Shown piece by piece: positions 63,821 to 64,000 of a stretch of DNA of 64,000 nt (the stretch's first letter is position 1; every line of letters starts with the position of its first letter). The notes beneath the pieces are model-generated. The model had not been told where the DNA came from. It did not search any database and was given only the letters and a program-made list of their open reading frames with translations. This stretch comes from Octopus sinensis. Lineage: Eukaryota. Location: the NCBI RefSeq assembly GCF_006345805.1, contig NC_043004.1, positions 27,838,001-27,902,000 on the forward strand, written 5' to 3'. The position numbers and the translations under genes were made by a program.

Positions 63821-64000
63821 TGTTATATACCTGTATCTACCTACGCACTCGCACAAACACACGCACATATGTATATATATAGGTATCTGTTTATGTGTGC
63901 TTGCGCACTAATGTGTGTTTGCGTGTATGCGCTTATAGCTTTGTTTCGGTTGCCGAATATATGCCTCAGAAATTAATCATAAGGCTGATTAATTATAAAG

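Overview
Repeat-dominated, AT-rich animal genomic DNA with no prokaryotic features. The SINE and microsatellite content suggests a coleoid cephalopod, probably Octopus (inference from recalled repeat families, not a search). Almost all long ORFs in the track are artefacts of (TATG)n, (CA)n, (TATC)n and triplet microsatellites. The window holds three to four tRNA-derived SINE families in many copies; decayed LINEs (RTE, R4/Dong-like with restriction-like endonuclease, CR1-like, Penelope-like RT); DNA transposon relics (near-complete Tigger with TIRs and TA TSD, mariner, hAT-Charlie, Helitron helicase, a Merlin-like MITE with 8-bp TSD carrying telomeric repeats); several 200-330 bp foldback palindromes; and degenerate minisatellites. 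The only fairly convincing host-gene signal is a spliceable exon pair at 177-316 and 550-~779. The most interesting signal is a cluster of four sequence-unrelated minimal type I hammerhead ribozyme motifs within 18.6-21.3 kb. Each has a palindromic (dimer-type) stem III and lies in a short repeat beside (TA)n. Their cores are non-canonical: one has a compensatory A3-U8 pair and three read CCGA instead of CUGA. All structures were derived by eye; approximate coordinates need computational confirmation.
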